64,000 nucleotides of DNA from Minisyncoccota bacterium (GTDB taxonomy: Bacteria; Patescibacteriota; Minisyncoccia; Phycocordibacterales; SW-6-46-9), in assembly GCA_040905385.1 (NCBI GenBank), contig JBBDRP010000002.1, positions 679,010-743,009 of the forward strand. Direction: 5' to 3'. Below are positions 9,901-19,139 of this stretch, in pieces. The position numbers were made by a program, and so were the translations under genes. Below the pieces are notes generated by a model, which worked only from the letters and a program-made list of their open reading frames with translations, was not told the DNA's origin and made no database searches. Position 1 is the first letter of the stretch, and every line of letters starts with the position of its first letter.

Positions 9901-11196
9901 ATGACCGACAACCATCCAAGTAGTGCTTCTGACGAGGTTAAATACGTCCTCTATGCCCGTAAATCAACCGAAAGTGATGAACAACAGGCACTTTCAATAG
10001 ATGCACAGGTCAAGGAAATGAAGCGGCTAGCAGAGAAAAAAGACCTCAATATAACAGAAGTGATGACAGAAGCACACTCTGCTAAAGCAGTCGGGCAACG
10101 ACCGGTCTTCAACAAGATGATTGAAAAAATTAAAACCAGTGAATTCACTGGGGTACTCACCTGGGCACCAGATAGACTCTCTAGAAATGCTGGAGATCTT
10201 GGTGCCCTTGTTGATCTTATGGATCAAGATGTACTCAAGGTTGTCCAAACACACGGACAACGCTTTAGTGATGCTCCATCGGAGAAGTTCTTACTAATGA
10301 TAATGGGATCACAGGCCAAACTTGAAAATGATCAGAAAAGTAAAAATGTGAAGCGTGGACTACGGGCCAGATGTGAGCAAGGGCTGTGGCCTGCACCCGC
10401 ACCGACTGGGTACTTAAAACACAGAGACAGGAAAAAGAAATGCCATGTAGTGGTTGATCCTAAGCGAGCACCAACCATAAGAGATATCTTTCGAAAAGTT
10501 GCGTACGAAAATATGTCCGGAAGAGATGTGTATAGATGGCTGAAAAAGGATGCTGACTTTAAAACTAAAAATGGAAAGCATCTTACACAATCTAATATCT
10601 ATCTTATCCTTAAAAATACCTTCTACTATGGAAAATTTGAGTATCCGACCGGTAGCGATAATTGGTATGACGGAGTACATGAACCTATCATATCTAAAGA
10701 ACTGTACGAAAAAGTACAGTTATCTATACGAGCAAATACTCAGTACAAACCGAGCTCAAAAGAATTCGCCTTCACAAAGCTCATGAAGTGCGGAGAGTGT
10801 GGATCTGGAATTACCGTTCAAGAGAAAATAAAGAAATTGAAAGATGGTAGTGAAAGAAATTATGTCTACTACAACTGCACAAGAAGTAGAAATACCTACT
10901 GTGATGCCGAGTACATACGTGAGGTTGATCTGATTGAGCAACTTAAGGATCTAATAGATGAAATTAATATTAACGAACTAGGAGTACAAGAAAGTCTTCG
11001 GAATGAATTAGAGAGATTTAATTCATTCCGTGGATTAATTGGCGAAGATAAAAAAGATACAAAGATAGAGAACGTTGGAATTAAAGAGTATGCAAAATAT
11101 ATATTAAACAATGGAAGTTTAGTAGAAAAAAGACAGGTGTTATCTAATCTTAAAGGTAATATTATCTTAAAAAATGGAAAATTATTATATGAATAG
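9901..11196 (+). CDS. Large serine recombinase
   Basis: YARKS catalytic motif, DRLSRN, recombinase domain, CGEC..C..C zinc ribbon. Confidence 0.92.
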   Translation: MTDNHPSSASDEVKYVLYARKSTESDEQQALSIDAQVKEMKRLAEKKDLNITEVMTEAHSAKAVGQRPVFNKMIEKIKTSEFTGVLTWAPDRLSRNAGDLGALVDLMDQDVLKVVQTHGQRFSDAPSEKFLLMIMGSQAKLENDQKSKNVKRGLRARCEQGLWPAPAPTGYLKHRDRKKKCHVVVDPKRAPTIRDIFRKVAYENMSGRDVYRWLKKDADFKTKNGKHLTQSNIYLILKNTFYYGKFEYPTGSDNWYDGVHEPIISKELYEKVQLSIRANTQYKPSSKEFAFTKLMKCGECGSGITVQEKIKKLKDGSERNYVYYNCTRSRNTYCDAEYIREVDLIEQLKDLIDEININELGVQESLRNELERFNSFRGLIGEDKKDTKIENVGIKEYAKYILNNGSLVEKRQVLSNLKGNIILKNGKLLYE

Positions 11197-11263
11197 AAGA
11201 TTACTTCATTACAGAAATAGCTATGATAACATTGAGCTATTATAAATAGTATGGAAATTATCT

Positions 11264-11452
11264 ATGGAGGGATTTCTTAATGTTGTAAGAGCTGTTATTT
11301 TAACCTTTACATCTGCTGGAGGTCTTTATTTATTGTTATACATTACCATTCAGCTAGCCGGTAGAGACGATGGTGAGTTTGGCTTAGCTGTTACTGTTCC
11401 AACATCTTTAGTATTACTATTGATTTCTTATTTACTACTTCAGACTTTTTAG
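11264..11452 (+). CDS. Small 2-TM hypothetical protein
   Basis: 62-aa hydrophobic ORF. Confidence 0.45.
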   Translation: MEGFLNVVRAVILTFTSAGGLYLLLYITIQLAGRDDGEFGLAVTVPTSLVLLLISYLLLQTF

Positions 11453-11670
11453 CTGCTAATTTCCATATTTTACTTTTGTTTTCTTAAATAAAATGATTTA
11501 TTTAAGAAAAATTATTATAAATTTTCATGATCATTTCTTACATCAGCCCATTTATCCTCAAACTGCTCGTTCACATCTACAGTATAAAATGGCATTCCGA
11601 CTAGATGGTAATCTTTGTTTTCGTAAAATGTCTTTAAATCATGCTCTTGCTAAAATTATTGACTTCATAT

Positions 11671-12126
11671 TTATTTTATTAGTATAGTTACTAATAAAGA
11701 GGCTAATGAAATTAGAAAAGCCAATGCCGATAAAAATAGACTAATTGGATTTTCCCAAGCTTTATGTAATAAGTATTGCAGTTTTTTTCCGCCCTTAGTA
11801 GTTAAAATAATTCTCTCTGAATCATTATTGAAATGACCCGCAAGAGATGAATATCCATGCACTTTTTGGGTATCTATTATTACTAATCCGTCATTTTGCA
11901 TTTTTTGCAACTCTCTACGAATGTGAGATTCTGAAATTTCTTCTTTATCATTTTTAATATTTTTATTTATTTCATCATAAATGACTCGAAAATTAGGATG
12001 CTCAGGGTAAAACTCAACCTCATTTGAAACATCATATCCTCCCAGTTCTTGTATATCCATATATTTAAAATTAGATTCTTGTTCAAATTGCTCCAGTATT
12101 TTTTTCAATCTATTGCGTAAATTCAT
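11671..12126 (-). CDS. Hypothetical protein with C-terminal TM helix
   Basis: 151-aa ORF; wHTH-like LTTKG motif before the TM. Confidence 0.6.
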   Translation of the reverse strand: MNLRNRLKKILEQFEQESNFKYMDIQELGGYDVSNEVEFYPEHPNFRVIYDEINKNIKNDKEEISESHIRRELQKMQNDGLVIIDTQKVHGYSSLAGHFNNDSERIILTTKGGKKLQYLLHKAWENPISLFLSALAFLISLASLLVTILIK

Positions 12127-12195
12127 GTTTACCTATTCATAAAATTATTCACTTCTTTATTCTTCTTCGATAATCATTAATATTCACACTCTCAG

Positions 12196-13227
12196 CTAAT
12201 CGGCTTTTAATGACTTAATCAAATCAAGGGATAGTGAACTAGCTGCATATACGCCATCTATCTTCTGAAGATAGTCACGAGATTTATAAATCTCGTCAGC
12301 TACAAATAAATATACTCCATGATTCCTGATAGCTTCTGCGATATTTTGGCGTAGATCCAGTCCTAAAGTTATTTCAATCATCACATCCAAATCAGTCATT
12401 TGTGCTGTCTTAATAAACTGTTTATATCTTTCACGTAAAGTTCTTTTTGCGCCTATTCCTACAGTGACACCATCTGCATTAAAGAAGAAATCAAATTCTG
12501 TTGAACTATCATCTTCATCATGTTTCTTTTCAATGCTGTCAGCATCAATACCCATTTCAACAAGTATTTGAAAAATACGCTCTTCGTAACTTGAACCCGC
12601 TGTAGAAATAATTGATTGATTTACGCTCTCTGAAAACATCAGCATAAACATTTGATTAGGTTCAACTCCAGATTGCTTTAGTTCTTCAAAATCCTCCTTT
12701 AGATTATTCACATAATCCTCAGCACCTTGACTCAAGAAATTACTGTTACTTTCTTCAAGTTTCCTGAAAAATAATAGAGAAAGAAGGGCTCCATTCACTC
12801 GCATATAATATGGTTCATTCTTACTTTTTTTATCGTACTCTAATGAGAGTAAATGATGTTCAGATCTTTCCTCTTTAACTTCCTCTATCGATATTTTTGC
12901 CTCTTCTAGTAATAATGGTTTTACTTTTAATAACTTTAGCGCAAAGGAGAATATCTTGTAATCTTCAGAAGATTCAATCAAATATAAAGTACTCATCATA
13001 TTATCCATTTTTTCAGGACTTTTGATCTTTTCTTCAAAAATATTTTTTATTAAATCGTGACCTTTTTCGTATTCAGTAGCAGGATGACGGTTTGTAATTT
13101 CTAATACCTTGTTTAACTGATTCTCAGTTAAACCCAATCCTCCATTTATTTCCTTAAGAAAAACATAAAGCTTCAGGTTAGAGTCCAGTTTCTGTTTTTC
13201 TATTTCGATTTTATTATCTATGTTCAT
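12196..13227 (-). CDS. Type II restriction endonuclease (EcoRII/SsoII-like catalytic domain)
   Basis: AGSSYE..FDF..AKRTLRERYKQ motif; 3 bp downstream of the C5 MTase. Confidence 0.72.
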   Translation of the reverse strand: MNIDNKIEIEKQKLDSNLKLYVFLKEINGGLGLTENQLNKVLEITNRHPATEYEKGHDLIKNIFEEKIKSPEKMDNMMSTLYLIESSEDYKIFSFALKLLKVKPLLLEEAKISIEEVKEERSEHHLLSLEYDKKSKNEPYYMRVNGALLSLLFFRKLEESNSNFLSQGAEDYVNNLKEDFEELKQSGVEPNQMFMLMFSESVNQSIISTAGSSYEERIFQILVEMGIDADSIEKKHDEDDSSTEFDFFFNADGVTVGIGAKRTLRERYKQFIKTAQMTDLDVMIEITLGLDLRQNIAEAIRNHGVYLFVADEIYKSRDYLQKIDGVYAASSLSLDLIKSLKAD

Positions 13228-13230
13228 AAT

Positions 13231-14280
13231 TTATTCTTTTAGAGCCTCTTCTAATTCTATCTCTTCAATATTAATCTTGTTACCTTTACGAGGATTCATT
13301 TTTTTATGAGCTTTTACAACCTCTGCAGCTATAGCCTCAATAACAGGAATTGCAACACTGTTTCCAAACTGCTTATAAGCCTGTGTATCACTAACTGGTA
13401 TTTGAAAATTTTCTGGATAACCCTGCAGTCGAGCAGCTTCTCTTGGTGTTATCTTCCTAGGGTTCTTATCCTCCTGCTTAATCAGAATCTCAGAACCATC
13501 TTTGTAATACCGAGCAGACATTGTGCTTGTGTACTCGGAATCTTCATCAAACATAGAATAACCAAACCCCCAACCCTTTGCTTCATTCTCTTTTTTTCTA
13601 CGCTTATGACCAGACCAGAGCTTTTCAGATATTGTATATTTTTCTGGAACCTTATTTTCAAGAATTTGTCCGACTCTAGTTTCGTGCTTTGGTGGCTCAG
13701 GAAATGAAAAATCTGTCTCTCCAAGAAAAGCAATAATGTATATTCTTTCACGATTTTGAGGTACTCCAAAATGTTTAGCATTTAATACTCTAGCATGTAC
13801 TTCATATCCTAATTTTTCAAGAATAAATTTAACAATTTTAAATGTTCTTCCTTTATCGTGATTTTTAAATCCTTTAACATTTTCCAAGAAAAGAACTGAA
13901 GGATGATGATGATTTACAATTCTTGCAATATCAAAAAACAATGTACCTCTATCATCTTCAAATCCCTTCTTAAGACCAGCATGAGAAAACGGCTGACAGG
14001 GAAATCCAGCAAGCAGATAATCAAATTCTGGAATTTCCTCTTCATGGATTTCAGTGATATCACCATGCGGTATTTCATCAAAATTTTCCTTGTAAGTTTC
14101 TTGCGCAAACTTATCAAATTCAGATGAAAAAACACATTTACCATTATGTACCTCAAATCCTAGCCTGATACCGCCTATACCCGCAAATAAGTCGATGAAA
14201 GTAAAATCTGCATCTCTATTTTTAGTCCTATTATCAAAAAGTCGATTTAATTTAATTTTTTCTTTTACGTCATTACTCAT
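13231..14280 (-). CDS. DNA cytosine-5 methyltransferase
   Basis: DLFAGIGG, GFPCQ, ENV, QNRER, SARYYKDGSEILI, QFGNSV. Confidence 0.95.
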   Translation of the reverse strand: MSNDVKEKIKLNRLFDNRTKNRDADFTFIDLFAGIGGIRLGFEVHNGKCVFSSEFDKFAQETYKENFDEIPHGDITEIHEEEIPEFDYLLAGFPCQPFSHAGLKKGFEDDRGTLFFDIARIVNHHHPSVLFLENVKGFKNHDKGRTFKIVKFILEKLGYEVHARVLNAKHFGVPQNRERIYIIAFLGETDFSFPEPPKHETRVGQILENKVPEKYTISEKLWSGHKRRKKENEAKGWGFGYSMFDEDSEYTSTMSARYYKDGSEILIKQEDKNPRKITPREAARLQGYPENFQIPVSDTQAYKQFGNSVAIPVIEAIAAEVVKAHKKMNPRKGNKINIEEIELEEALKE

Positions 14281-14342
14281 TTTTTTGATTAATTTAAATT
14301 ATAAGAATACATACAATATTTATTTCTTACTTTATTTTACCA

Positions 14343-14780
14343 TCAGTTCTCACAAACATTACCTTGATTTAACTCACGGATATTGTGCATACATGGCTCC
14401 CCATCAGCCAATCCAAGAGCTGTGAGATGAACAAAGAATGATTTCCAGCCATTACCGCTGCTGCTACCGGCGAATTCGCCGGCGATGAACTTCTCTCCTT
14501 TCCATGTGTTACCGCTACTATCATAGTAAATGATAAGCTCGCCTTTATCGCCAAATTTGTTCTCGTACTGCATAAAGTACTCTGTATCGCCCTTTTTGGT
14601 TGGGCGACTACTCTTTGGCCGATACGGGGCATACCCCATAACTTTTTTACCAGCTTTAATCTTCCATTTGGCGAATAAAACCGTGTGCGGAAAGTTGTAA
14701 AGCACGGAATCTTCGTCATCAGAAAGGTGCTTAGGAATAAACGCGAACAAAGTACCATCAGCTTGATTGTTTCTTTTCAT
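14343..14780 (-). CDS. Hypothetical protein
   Basis: ORF, ATG start chosen at 14780. Confidence 0.55.
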   Translation of the reverse strand: MKRNNQADGTLFAFIPKHLSDDEDSVLYNFPHTVLFAKWKIKAGKKVMGYAPYRPKSSRPTKKGDTEYFMQYENKFGDKGELIIYYDSSGNTWKGEKFIAGEFAGSSSGNGWKSFFVHLTALGLADGEPCMHNIRELNQGNVCEN

Positions 14781-15008
14781 AGGTTGTAAAGATAAAGGCG
14801 TCTCCCGCCGGAGACGCCTGAGTTTATAATCATCTCTCCTTGCGGATGGAATTAGCACCTTACTTTCGCAGGTTGCCGGTGGGTCACAGGGCCAGATCCC
14901 TCACCACACTCACGATAATTATTCAGTTGTGTTTACATAGTAACATCAACTCACGCCAGAAAGAAAGATTGGGATTAGCTTCGTTTATTACAATTTTTGT
15001 CCTCTTGA

Positions 15009-15575
15009 TTAATTATGTACATTCAAATCATTATTTAAATATTTATTCATCACCTTGTAACCACTATCTTTATCACTAACATGTGCCTTTATAACAAAAT
15101 TAAGTTTTTCTAGATTATCGGAATGGCTATTTATTTCTTCCGTTGATATTCCAATAAATCCTTTATCCCAGTCTAAGGCATTTCTTTTATTTTTTCGACT
15201 TGCTTTTACCAAGTTTAAAATTTTTGTTTCTCCAACTTCAGTCTTTTCTGATTTCATATTTATCCACCATTCAGAATGAATAATCTCGTTACGATATTCC
15301 ATTTCATCATAAATTAATGAATATATTTCTTTAAATTTATTAGCGTGTTTTTTCCCCAACCTTTCAGTAATAAGCTCTTGTAACAAATCAAGCTTATCTT
15401 TAAATGTAAGTTTTGTAGTTATGCGATGACATACTGACTGATGATCTGGTGTGTTACCAAATAAATAGAGGCAAATTAGATCTCCGATAGCATACTCAAC
15501 CTTATTGAAGAAAACTACAAATCTTCCAATAGATTCATATATTTGTTCTTGCTCTGTTTTCTCGTCATCACTCAT
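15009..15575 (-). CDS. Hypothetical helical protein, possibly HEPN-like
   Basis: IGRFVV.F..VE and RNEIIHS (R-x4-H). Confidence 0.55.
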   Translation of the reverse strand: MSDDEKTEQEQIYESIGRFVVFFNKVEYAIGDLICLYLFGNTPDHQSVCHRITTKLTFKDKLDLLQELITERLGKKHANKFKEIYSLIYDEMEYRNEIIHSEWWINMKSEKTEVGETKILNLVKASRKNKRNALDWDKGFIGISTEEINSHSDNLEKLNFVIKAHVSDKDSGYKVMNKYLNNDLNVHN

Positions 15576-15668
15576 TACGTGGCTATTTTAGTATCTCTAT
15601 CTTACCATCCAGACTACCTGAAACGAAGAGAGGTGGTGTGTAAGTAACCCACTACTCTAACCACCCTG

Positions 15669-15744
15669 TCTTGCAAGACGTATGCTAACGCTGCAAAACT
15701 AGAAGTATTAAGTACTGCTTATTCAAATCTTGTTACAGACCGCT
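15669..15744. repeat. ~76-bp direct repeat, copy 1
   Basis: TCTTGCAAGACGTATGCTAACGCTGCAAAACTAGAAGT...ATCTTGTTACAGACCGCT, matches 17070-17147. Confidence 0.92.
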
Positions 15745-15990
15745 CTTCAAGATTCCTTCTGGCGATACAAGTCCTCTTTCCACGTCCTGTTGTATTTTCT
15801 CCAGATATTCTCCTAGCGTAGCTCGTGTTAGATCTATCTCCGCCCTCTTGTATATCTGATAAAACTTGTCTACTGCCATCGCCTCCTCTTCAGACACGTT
15901 CAACCGGTCCGCTATTGCTTTTTCTTCGGTAAGCCACGGTAGTTCCACCATCTTCTTGTTCAAATGTTGTTTGTAGTTTTCTTTACTCAT
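15733..15990 (-). CDS. Hypothetical protein
   Basis: ORF whose stop codon lies inside repeat copy 1. Confidence 0.55.
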   Translation of the reverse strand: MSKENYKQHLNKKMVELPWLTEEKAIADRLNVSEEEAMAVDKFYQIYKRAEIDLTRATLGEYLEKIQQDVERGLVSPEGILKSGL

Positions 15991-16051
15991 AACTATATTA
16001 TTACCTTTTAACTCTCTGAAACTTAGCAAGCAACCGTAAGCCCTCTCTATA

Positions 16052-16459
16052 CTATATTTTAATTACTTCATTGACAGCTTCCTTTAAAGTTATTTTGAAA
16101 GCATTCATGTTACGAAAATCTTTCTGGACAACATGTGCAACACCTTCCCGTAATGCGTTTTCATTCCATTCCGGATTAGAAGAAATTGAAATCATTTTAT
16201 CAACGCCAAACTTTTTAAAATCAATGATGTGAAATGACTTACCATCAATACAATCACGGTCTAGAAGAACGAGATCGAAAGTGTCTGATATTAACTTATT
16301 AACAACACCTTCTACATGCAAATAGCTAGAAAACTGCATTGTTTTAAATTCTATATCCCTCTCTTCTGCAAGCTCATCCAAAGCACTGTAAATGACTGAA
16401 AGCGTTAAAGTGTCATCTTCCAGAATGAGAATATTGAGTTTATTTAATTTATTCATCAA
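16052..16459 (-). CDS. Orphan receiver (CheY-like) domain protein
   Basis: ILILEDD, LVLLD, ISISS and K motifs. Confidence 0.6.
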   Translation of the reverse strand: MMNKLNKLNILILEDDTLTLSVIYSALDELAEERDIEFKTMQFSSYLHVEGVVNKLISDTFDLVLLDRDCIDGKSFHIIDFKKFGVDKMISISSNPEWNENALREGVAHVVQKDFRNMNAFKITLKEAVNEVIKI

Positions 16460-16950
16460 CTAAATATAATTATAATAATGATAATAATAAAAATCCAGAA
16501 AGCAGAAGTATAAATCAGTACCCAAAAACCTCTTTTTTTGGCGTATAGTTCTTGAGCCCAGTAACTATATATAAATTTCCTGAGACTATCTGCTCTAAAG
16601 AATCGCTCTACTTCTTCCTGATCTAATGGCTCAACAAAGTTAATTGGAATGGTTTTTAGCTCATCATCTGGTTCCTCTAAATATTTTGTATATCCACCTG
16701 TGTACAGTTCTCTAACTTTGTCTTCAATCTGCTTTTCCACCTCATCAATTCTTTCCTCAAAATGATCACCTTTATTAATCACAGTGAACAAAGTGAAATA
16801 CATAGAATTATTTTCATCAAAGATAAATGTAGACGCATTCTCAAAACTATCAGCGTTATTGAGTTTCCCAATAAGAGTGTACTTTGGGTTTTCGGTAAAG
16901 TCTCTTAGGTGATTACTAATGTAGTCCGGAAACTCTTTTTTGTTGATCAT
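16456..16950 (-). CDS. Hypothetical protein with C-terminal TM
   Basis: 164-aa ORF. Confidence 0.55.
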   Translation of the reverse strand: MINKKEFPDYISNHLRDFTENPKYTLIGKLNNADSFENASTFIFDENNSMYFTLFTVINKGDHFEERIDEVEKQIEDKVRELYTGGYTKYLEEPDDELKTIPINFVEPLDQEEVERFFRADSLRKFIYSYWAQELYAKKRGFWVLIYTSAFWIFIIIIIIIIFS

Positions 16951-17069
16951 GATTCGTAAATCATTATTCTTATATTTACTTTACCATCCACACACACCAT
17001 AAAGAAGCGAGTCAGTGCAGTCAGATACGCCGCTAGCGATAATTGACCCAAAGAGCATCGCCACTCCCA

Positions 17070-17147
17070 TCTTGCAAGACGTATGCTAACGCTGCAAAAC
17101 TAGAAGTTAAGTGCTGCTTTTTTATTCAGATCTTGTTACAGACCGCT
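17070..17147. repeat. ~76-bp direct repeat, copy 2
   Basis: Near-identical to 15669-15744; lies about 45 bp from the tRNA-Gln 3' end. Confidence 0.92.
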
Positions 17148-17190
17148 AAGACATGACGCTACACCCGTCTCGGTCGGTCTCACTAAGTTG

Positions 17191-17261
17191 TTGCCGGACT
17201 AGGAATCGAACCTAGATTACGTGGACCAAAACCACGCGTCCTACCGTTAGACGATCCGGCA
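17191..17261 (-). tRNA. tRNA-Gln(TTG)
   Basis: Cloverleaf; CGTGG-TTTTGGT-CCACG anticodon arm; GGTTCGATTCC; CCA not encoded. Confidence 0.92.
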
Positions 17262-17388
17262 CTGACCTGCAGAAACTGCTTATAGATTACCATAAAATAC
17301 CAGGAAAATAAGCCTTTTACTACATATAAATGACTCAATAAGTTTAGAACTCAGTATTGTTTAAATGCACAGCTCTTATGTATAAAAA

Positions 17389-18261
17389 CTACTCCGAGGA
17401 ATTATCTTCTTGTACATGTCGCATTACCTGCTGCGGGAACGGAATCTCAATATGAGCCTCATCAAAGGCCTTTTTAAGGCGGCGGCGCATCTCACCAGTT
17501 ACTGCCCACTGCTGGCCGGGCTTCACATCCCCAAGAACCTTGAGATAAATTGCCGAATCACCCAGATCATCGACACGGAAGAAACGGGGCGGTTCAATGA
17601 CGTGCTCTCCCCACTCGGGATCATCAGCCAGTTCTTGACCAACTCGGTTTATCACCTCCTTCACCTCATCTATGTCAGACTCGTACGCCACACCTACATT
17701 AAGATTAACGCGAGAGAACCGCTGACTCATATTAGAGGCCACATTTACATGGCCATTCTGGATGTAATGAACCACCCCATCGAGATCACGTAGCTTGGTC
17801 ACCCGTAGTGTTACCTCCTCGACCGTTCCGCAGGTACCATTCAGACAGATCACATCACCCATGCTGTACTGATCCTCGATCAGGATGAAGAAGCCGGAAA
17901 TGATGTCCTGAATTAAGTACTGCGCACCAAAACCAAGGGCCACACCAGCCACACCAGCAGCGGCCAAAAGCGGGCCAATATCAAGACCAAACTCAGACAG
18001 GAGAACCATCAAAGTAACAACGACGATAAGCACCTTGACCGTGGCGGTGCTGACTCGCTGTAGCGTCTTCGTGCGTTGCTCGCGCTCGAGCTGAGATAGA
18101 TCATCTTTGCGATCCACGACTCGTTTAATTGCCTTTCGCAATAGAAATGTAGACAGCCACCAGGCTAGGGCGGCGCCAATAAGAATCGTTAGAACCGCTG
18201 GGCCGGAGGTCGTAATCCAGGCCAGGGCATCAGTACTAAAATTTTCCCAAAGGGTTTGCAT
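17389..18261 (-). CDS. mscS: Small-conductance mechanosensitive channel
   Basis: GVALGFGAQ..D.ISG, GTVEEVTLR, IEIPFPQ. Confidence 0.9.
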   Translation of the reverse strand: MQTLWENFSTDALAWITTSGPAVLTILIGAALAWWLSTFLLRKAIKRVVDRKDDLSQLEREQRTKTLQRVSTATVKVLIVVVTLMVLLSEFGLDIGPLLAAAGVAGVALGFGAQYLIQDIISGFFILIEDQYSMGDVICLNGTCGTVEEVTLRVTKLRDLDGVVHYIQNGHVNVASNMSQRFSRVNLNVGVAYESDIDEVKEVINRVGQELADDPEWGEHVIEPPRFFRVDDLGDSAIYLKVLGDVKPGQQWAVTGEMRRRLKKAFDEAHIEIPFPQQVMRHVQEDNSSE

Positions 18262-18275
18262 ATAGTGTAAAGATA

Positions 18276-19136
18276 TTATAACGCAGAATCTCGGAGGATC
18301 TTAACATTCTTCGCATCTGGACCTTTGCCTTCGAAGCCCGGGGTCTCGAGAATAAGTGGTAGGTCTTTTGTGGGAGATTTTGTGGTGAGATTTCGAAATA
18401 CGCCCTCCGGAATCTCCCCCTCGCCGAGGTTGGCATGACGGTCGCGCAGGCTGCCGAAATCATCCCGAGAGTCATTAACATGAATTACCGAGAGACGCTC
18501 AAGCCCAATTAGCTTATCGAATCGTTGGAAGAAGTCATCGTATCCATCAGCTAAATCAAAACCTGCTACATGTAAGTGACAGGTATCCAGACAAACCTTA
18601 AGGCGCTCGTCGCCATCGCAGGCGTCGATGATACGTCCAATTTCCTCGAAACCCTTTCCAATCTTTCTGGTGCCCATATTTTCAATCAAGAAATCAGCTG
18701 CTGAGTCAGTCTCTTCGAGAACTGTCTTCAGACTCGTCACGAGATGCTCAAAATGATCCTCGTCTTCCGGAGACTCATCGTCGGTCTTCCAGGAGCCGAC
18801 GTGCACGACACTGCCGATAATCCCACAGCGGGCCGCGACATTCAGCTCCTCGATCATAGCCTTGATTGACTTCTCACCCGTCCCGCCGCGATCAGCTAGG
18901 TTGATCAAGTATGGTGCATGAAAGACTACTGGGTCGATACCGAGTTCATCCTTCATCTGACGAAACTCCTCCACATCTTCTTTTGATATATTCGCCCCAG
19001 CCCAGGATCGCGGTGATGAAGAGAAAAGCTGCAGGCTGGTGGCACCGATGTCTGCCGCCCGCTGGACCGCTTTGGCGTAACCACCGGCCGCGGACTGATG
19101 GGCCCCGATATTTAGCGTTGTTTTCTCTTTACTCAT
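18276..19136 (-). CDS. nfo: Endonuclease IV
   Basis: HAPYLINL, CLDTCH, HVNDS, DRHANLG, ILETP. Confidence 0.95.
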   Translation of the reverse strand: MSKEKTTLNIGAHQSAAGGYAKAVQRAADIGATSLQLFSSSPRSWAGANISKEDVEEFRQMKDELGIDPVVFHAPYLINLADRGGTGEKSIKAMIEELNVAARCGIIGSVVHVGSWKTDDESPEDEDHFEHLVTSLKTVLEETDSAADFLIENMGTRKIGKGFEEIGRIIDACDGDERLKVCLDTCHLHVAGFDLADGYDDFFQRFDKLIGLERLSVIHVNDSRDDFGSLRDRHANLGEGEIPEGVFRNLTTKSPTKDLPLILETPGFEGKGPDAKNVKILRDSAL

Positions 19137-19139
19137 GAT

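Larger units (their letters stand above)
1..17190. mobile_element. Right part of an integrated accessory island abutting the tRNA-Gln 3' end (left end not seen)
   Basis: Recombinase, terminase, defence genes and AT-rich orphans end at tRNA-Gln, after which housekeeping genes begin. Confidence 0.7.

Noticed and set aside
5891-11196. Complete prophage
   Set aside because: No portal, capsid, tail or lysis genes recognisable in the window
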